Below are positions 59,767 through 64,000 of a stretch of DNA of 64,000 nucleotides, one piece after another (within the stretch, counting starts at the first letter, position 1; every line of letters begins with the position of its first letter). Under the pieces are notes generated by a model that did not search any database, had not been told where the DNA came from, and saw only the letters and a list, made by a program, of their open reading frames with translations. Source of the stretch: Erythrobacteraceae bacterium (lineage in GTDB: Bacteria; Pseudomonadota; Alphaproteobacteria; Sphingomonadales; Sphingomonadaceae). A program made the position numbers and the translations under genes. The stretch is taken from positions 70 through 64,069 of the forward strand of contig JAIYAM010000026.1 of the NCBI GenBank assembly GCA_027489065.1, read 5' to 3'.

Positions 59767-60156
59767 ATGAAATTTGCTTCGATTTTCGCCGCTCTTGCAG
59801 TGGTTGCGTCGCCTTTGGCACTCCCATCGATGGCTTCTGCTCACACTCGCGTTGTCGCCTCGACCCCGGCAGAGGGCGCGACCGTTGCTGGCACGCGCAC
59901 AGTCACGCTGACCTTCAATGAAGCGCTGTTGCCCCCCACTGCTGCTGCCAGCATCGTAATGACGGCGATGCCGGGGATGGCAAATCACAGTCCGATGGCG
60001 ATCCGCAATTTCGCCACTGCCTGGTCAAACGGGAACAAGACCATGACCCTCACGCTTACCAAACCTTTGGCGAAGGGCAGCTATGAGGTGCGCTGGCAAG
60101 CCGCAGGTGCTGATGGTCACCGCATGAACGGCACTGTCAAGTTTACCGTCAGCTGA
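59767..60156 (+). CDS. copC: CopC periplasmic copper-binding protein
   Basis: Mature N-terminal His (ASA-HT), LTFNE, MPGM, W...DGH; AAGGAA RBS. Confidence 0.9.
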   Translation: MKFASIFAALAVVASPLALPSMASAHTRVVASTPAEGATVAGTRTVTLTFNEALLPPTAAASIVMTAMPGMANHSPMAIRNFATAWSNGNKTMTLTLTKPLAKGSYEVRWQAAGADGHRMNGTVKFTVS

Positions 60157-60163
60157 TCGCGCT

Positions 60164-61090
60164 ATGGGGTGGGCGATCGAACCTGGTTTGCGTTTTCTGA
60201 ATTACGCGGTGCTCCTGGGGATGTTCGGGAGCACCGCGTTTCGATTAATCGCGCTTCGGAGCGCCCACTTTCTCTCTGTCGGTAATCGGACGTCGCTAGG
60301 CCTGATCGGGGGGGCTGCGGCTGCATTCGTTCTCTCCGTCGTTCTTATGCTCGTCTCGGTGGCGGCAATGATGGGCATGCCCCTATCCGACCTTGACTGG
60401 CCGACGATCTCCATGATGGCGTTCGGCACGGATATCGGTATTGCATTTGCCGTTCGCATCATCCTGCTGTTTCTCGCATTATGCTTTCTTGTCGCCGTCA
60501 GGGCCACGAAACTCAGCCAGGTAGCCGTCGCCGCCTGTTTCGCAGCGGCTCTTCTCTCGCTCGGATGGAGCGGTCACGCCGCTGCTGGCGAGGGAGGCAT
60601 CGGGCTCCTGCATCGGCTCAACAATGGCGCACACCTGATTGCCGCAGGTTTGTGGCTTGGCGCTATCATTTGCTTTGTTGACCTCACTGTGAAGTTGCAT
60701 CGGCGGCCGGATCGAGAGCAGGCTCTCGCATTGCTTTCGCAGATCCATGCGTTCGCGCCGCTCGGCGTGGGCTTGGTGGCAGTGGTGGCCATCACGGGCC
60801 TCATAAATTCCCAGCTGATATTCGGTATTCAAAACAGCTTGGTCGTTCTGAGTACGCCTTATGGGTTGATGCTGGCTGCCAAACTGATCCTCGTCTGCGG
60901 CATGGTTGCGTTCGGTGCGAACAACGCGGCGATTGGACGCCGTTTCGCAACGTCTGGTGAACCATCGGAAAATTCGGTGCACGACGTGCTAGCGCGGTTG
61001 CGCCTCAGTCTGGGAGGTGAGCTTTGTCTTGCCGTCGGCGTTCTGGGCCTCGTAGCTGTTCTGGGCCTCGCGTCGCCAGGAATGCTGTAG
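60164..61090 (+). CDS. copD: CopD inner-membrane copper protein
   Basis: WSGHAAA, HLIAAGLWLG, VAITGLIN, YGLMLAAKL. Confidence 0.88.
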   Translation: MGWAIEPGLRFLNYAVLLGMFGSTAFRLIALRSAHFLSVGNRTSLGLIGGAAAAFVLSVVLMLVSVAAMMGMPLSDLDWPTISMMAFGTDIGIAFAVRIILLFLALCFLVAVRATKLSQVAVAACFAAALLSLGWSGHAAAGEGGIGLLHRLNNGAHLIAAGLWLGAIICFVDLTVKLHRRPDREQALALLSQIHAFAPLGVGLVAVVAITGLINSQLIFGIQNSLVVLSTPYGLMLAAKLILVCGMVAFGANNAAIGRRFATSGEPSENSVHDVLARLRLSLGGELCLAVGVLGLVAVLGLASPGML

Positions 61091-61119
61091 ATCGAAAGTT
61101 CATGAAAAAGGGGGTTTCA

Positions 61120-61632
61120 ATGGTTCGATATGGAGCATGCAAAATTGCGGGAGTATTGGCGGGCGTGATCATGCTGATACAAAGCCCAGTATTGGCGCAC
61201 CCCAGTACTACCGCGAAGGGGAGGGACGCTGAAGAAGGGGCCACAGTGGCTACGGCCTTGGATGGTCCCGTTGAAGCGGTAGCGAACTTTCATGATGCGC
61301 TAGCGAAGGGCGATACTGCCGCCGCACTTTCGCTTCTGGCCGAAGACGTGCTCATTTTCGAATCCGGTGGGACGGAGAACAGCCGAGCAGAATATGAAAG
61401 TCATCATCTCAAATCGGATGCCGCTTTCAGCGCCGCCGTTCCGCGCATGCTCATCAGCAGAACGCATGGTGAACAGGGCGATACAGCCTGGGTGATGAGC
61501 GTCGAGAATGTCGAGGGAACGTACCGCGATCGGCAGATCAAGAGTCGGTCTGTCGAAACGATGCTGCTTCGGCGCGTAAACGGAAGCTGGCAGATATTTC
61601 ATATCCATTGGTCGTCTTCGGACCAGCGTTGA
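61120..61632 (+). CDS. Secreted NTF2/SnoaL-like (DUF4440-type) protein
   Basis: Signal peptide; FHDALAKGD, FESGG, YESHHL, W.I.HIHWS; start at 61120 or 61102. Confidence 0.75.
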   Translation: MVRYGACKIAGVLAGVIMLIQSPVLAHPSTTAKGRDAEEGATVATALDGPVEAVANFHDALAKGDTAAALSLLAEDVLIFESGGTENSRAEYESHHLKSDAAFSAAVPRMLISRTHGEQGDTAWVMSVENVEGTYRDRQIKSRSVETMLLRRVNGSWQIFHIHWSSSDQR

Positions 61633-61720
61633 CAAAGGTCCTCGACCAGCGCCAGCCAATGTCCGGTCGGGCGTCCAGCTGGGCAAATCTGCTTTCCAGC
61701 CTGGATCGGTACGTCGGCAC

Positions 61721-62458
61721 ATGAGGTCTCCTTGCCGCCTATCCGCACTGAATGAAGACCCCGTCTTTCGTGGACACAAAATGGGGCACAATGGAGCGTC
61801 TGAGGAAGCCCTGCCGATGGCCCGCCAACACAGAGTCGCTTCGATCTTGGAAGCCGAAGGAGTGAAGCGTAGAGACGCCTGGCTGAGGGCACGCATCAAG
61901 GATTTCCTTAAGCGAGCTTTGTCCAGTATTGTGGATTACCGTATCAACTGGATTTTCGCGCAGAACACAGCTGTTGAATCGCCCGCCCTGCCGCCATCTA
62001 TCGAAATCACTGTTTTCGATGAGCAGCATCTTGCCGCCTTTGCACGTCATCCTGACGTGCGTGTCCGAAGTGCAATGAGTTTCGAGCGCGCGGGATGTAT
62101 CGGCTTTGTACTTCTGGCCGATGCCGAGCCGGCAGCCTGCATCCATTTCGCCGATAGATCGAACTATGAAAGTGTCTCGACCTGGCCGCTTGCGAACAAC
62201 GAAGTCGCTTTGGTCAACGTCATAACTTTGCCCGAGCATCGATCGCGGCGCTACGGATCCCTCTTGATTACGCAAGCAACGAGCTCGCTGGTTCCCAGTC
62301 GCTATCGGCGCGCCCTTGCCTATATCTGGTGGAACCACCACGCATCGTTGCGCGCATTCAGAAATGCAGGGTGGCAGCGGGTCGGCATTTCGATCGAGAT
62401 ATCGCGGCGCAAGGGACGCTGGTATTCAGTACACCTTCCTTGGAAGGTCCGCCGTTAG
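61721..62458 (+). CDS. GNAT-like acetyltransferase; start uncertain
   Basis: VITLPEHRSRRYGSLL (motif A-like) and NHHASLRAFRNAGW (motif B-like); lower GC than neighbouring genes. Confidence 0.6.
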   Translation: MRSPCRLSALNEDPVFRGHKMGHNGASEEALPMARQHRVASILEAEGVKRRDAWLRARIKDFLKRALSSIVDYRINWIFAQNTAVESPALPPSIEITVFDEQHLAAFARHPDVRVRSAMSFERAGCIGFVLLADAEPAACIHFADRSNYESVSTWPLANNEVALVNVITLPEHRSRRYGSLLITQATSSLVPSRYRRALAYIWWNHHASLRAFRNAGWQRVGISIEISRRKGRWYSVHLPWKVRR

Positions 62459-62627
62459 AAGCGCACCTGTGGAAGGGCGTTCGAACACAACGCTTGCGTA
62501 CGCCGTGATGGTCAGGTGTGGCCTTTCGGCTAGGCATTGTACGTAACCATTCTCGATGTCAGCTCGCTGGCTTTACAGTCCTTCGGGACGTACGGCGATG
62601 TCGAGCATCGATCCAGCCAGCTGTTTC

Positions 62628-62815
62628 GTAAGCGTCCGGTGAAACGTAAGCGTCCGGCCAGCCACGAGTTGCGCGGTCGGCGCTGGACGGTGAAGGACGG
62701 ATCCTGAACGGAGTTCTTTCTGGACTCCAGAAGGAGGTCCTGTGAGCGAAGGTGGCGGCGTGATCGTGCGCACGGAGCGGCGGCGGCGCTATTCTGACAC
62801 AGAGAAGGCGGCGAT
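62628..62815 (+). mobile_element. IS66-family left end(s) and 5' fragment of tnpA
   Basis: GTAAGCGTCCGG occurs twice (62628, 62646). AAGGAGG RBS and GTG at 62742 give MSEGGGVIVRTERRRRYSDTEKAAI, cut at codon 25 by the next IS. Confidence 0.7.
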
Positions 62816-62827
62816 TGTTGTTGCCCC

Positions 62828-63673
62828 TTAATTCCCGGACAGTTCCTCACTGGTTGATTGGGTGATGTATTCGCGCGGGGCGAGGTAGCCAAGTGCGCGA
62901 TGCGGGTGGACGGTGTTGTAGTGGTGGAACCAGCTGGGCAGCTGGTTGATCACGGCTCTGGCGTTGGGCTTTTCGGCGATGCGAACGTAGTCCCGCTTCA
63001 TGGTCCGCACGAACGCTTCGGCCATGCCGTTGGATTGCGGGCTTTCGATGGGTGTTGTGCGGGGCCTGAGGTTGATCTCGCGGGCGAAGCGGCGGGTCTC
63101 CCTGGCGGTGTAGCAGCTGCCGTTATCCGTCAGCCATTCGATGGTGGCAGGCAAGCGGTTCACGCGGCCGAAGCGGTGCTCGACGGTGGCGGTCATCAGA
63201 TCGCGCACATCCTCGGCGGATATGCCAGCAGTGGTGGCAACGAAGCCCATGGCCTCGCGATCGCAGCAGTCGAGCGAGAAGGCGACGCGCACCTTCTCGC
63301 CGTTGTCGCAGCCGATCTCGAAGCCGTCGGAGCACCAGCGGGTGTTGCGGGTATCAACCGCGACGCGCCCGTCGTGGCGCCGCTCGTCAGCCTTGCCGCT
63401 GTGCCGCTGGAGCAGCAGGCCATGCACCTTCATCACCCGGTAGACCCGCTTGGCATTGGGCGCAGAAGGGCCGCCATTGCGTGCCTGCCGCCGCAGGAGC
63501 GCATGGATCCGGCGGTAGCCATAGGTCGGCAGTTCGGCGATCAGAGCCTGGATACGCGCGACGAGATCCTCCTCGGGCAGCGGAGGTCGGCCGCGGCGGC
63601 GCGCAGGGGCCTTGCGCCTGGCCGACGAGAGATGCTGCCGCGAGACGCCGAGCGCGTTCGCCACTGCGCTCAC
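62828..63673 (-). CDS. IS3-family transposase OrfB (DDE)
   Basis: YGYRRIHA, WCSDG, LTDNGSCY, SNGMAE, YNTVHPHRALG. Confidence 0.92.
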   Translation of the reverse strand: MSAVANALGVSRQHLSSARRKAPARRRGRPPLPEEDLVARIQALIAELPTYGYRRIHALLRRQARNGGPSAPNAKRVYRVMKVHGLLLQRHSGKADERRHDGRVAVDTRNTRWCSDGFEIGCDNGEKVRVAFSLDCCDREAMGFVATTAGISAEDVRDLMTATVEHRFGRVNRLPATIEWLTDNGSCYTARETRRFAREINLRPRTTPIESPQSNGMAEAFVRTMKRDYVRIAEKPNARAVINQLPSWFHHYNTVHPHRALGYLAPREYITQSTSEELSGN

Positions 63674-64000
63674 AGGTCGCCCTCCGGCAACGAGATCGTG
63701 CGCAAGGCGGTTTTTTTGGGACCTGCCACCCGCGAGATCGCCTCGCGCAGGATCTCGTTCTCCATGGTCTTCTTGCCCAGCATGCGCTGCAGCTCGCGCA
63801 CCTGGTTCTCGAGCGCGCGATACTCGCTGGCCGGAACCACCTCGCCGCCGGCACGGGTAGCGGTCAAGGCGCCGCTTGCCGCCTGTCGGCGCCAGCCAAA
63901 CAGCTGGTTGGGCGCTACCCCGTGCATGCGCGCCACACGCGACACGCTGTTGCCGGGCAGGAAGGTCTCTTCGACCATGCGGAGCTTCTCTTCCGGGGTC
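63670..64000 (-). CDS. IS3-family transposase OrfA; 5' end outside the window
   Basis: TPEEKLRMVEE...VSRVARMHGV...WRRQ...VVPASEY...LGKKTMENEILREA, similar to IS2 OrfA; the frame stays open to the window edge. Confidence 0.88.
   Translation of the reverse strand, partial: TPEEKLRMVEETFLPGNSVSRVARMHGVAPNQLFGWRRQAASGALTATRAGGEVVPASEYRALENQVRELQRMLGKKTMENEILREAISRVAGPKKTALRTISLPEGDL

Larger units (their letters stand above)
62816..64000 (-). mobile_element. IS3-family (IS2 group) insertion sequence; left part outside the window
   Basis: Terminal TGTTGTTGCCCCTTAATTCCCGGACA aligns with the IS2 inverted repeat as recalled; orfA/orfB arrangement with an A7 slippery run at 63711-63717. Confidence 0.9.

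Noticed and set aside
1-64000. Composite transposon bounded by IS3-family elements
   Set aside because: The two ends belong to different IS3 groups with unrelated terminal sequences.
1-64000. CRISPR array, rRNA, retron or reverse transcriptase
   Set aside because: No regularly spaced repeats, rRNA-like sequence or RT motifs seen.

Overview
GC-rich alphaproteobacterial (sphingomonad-like) accessory DNA, probably plasmid or ICE cargo; no rep, par or conjugation genes are visible, so the replicon type is inferred. Block 1 (1-20.8 kb) is an anti-phage defence island. It holds an IS-truncated McrC-like PD-(D/E)XK nuclease, a short prokaryotic Argonaute operon with a DUF4365-type nuclease-APAZ partner (SPARDA-type), and an Mrr-STAND NTPase. 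It also holds a Zn-ribbon/gamma-glutamylcyclotransferase fusion, a small Cys/His protein, and an SNF2 helicase-DUF4391-mod-Schlafen(AlbA)-res type III R-M locus. Block 2 (20.9-22.4 kb) is a serine resolvase plus an AbrB/VapC toxin-antitoxin pair. Block 3 (22.5-61.6 kb) is a heavy-metal resistance island: ars operon, CadR-like regulator, P1B-4 ATPase, CDF, czcCBA-like RND, cusCBA-F-like RND, Csp, CopA ATPase, a CnrYXH-like ECF module and copABCD. The window ends in nested IS66 and IS3 (IS2 group) elements. Four observations are the most novel-looking. (a) A MerR-boxed operon inside the copper cluster encodes an apparently complete trans-membrane electron wire: membrane-anchored FAD/[2Fe-2S] reductase, di-heme b membrane protein and 7-heme cytochrome c. 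(b) A ~300-nt unit with its own promoter, a tRNA T-arm-like structured leader, a 50-aa ORF and a terminator-like hairpin sits inside the R-M operon. (c) An alphaproteobacterial LexA box lies on the Argonaute operon promoter. (d) A CnrH-type ECF promoter occurs in three matching copies that define a copper regulon. All family assignments come from motif recognition by eye; no database searches were run.
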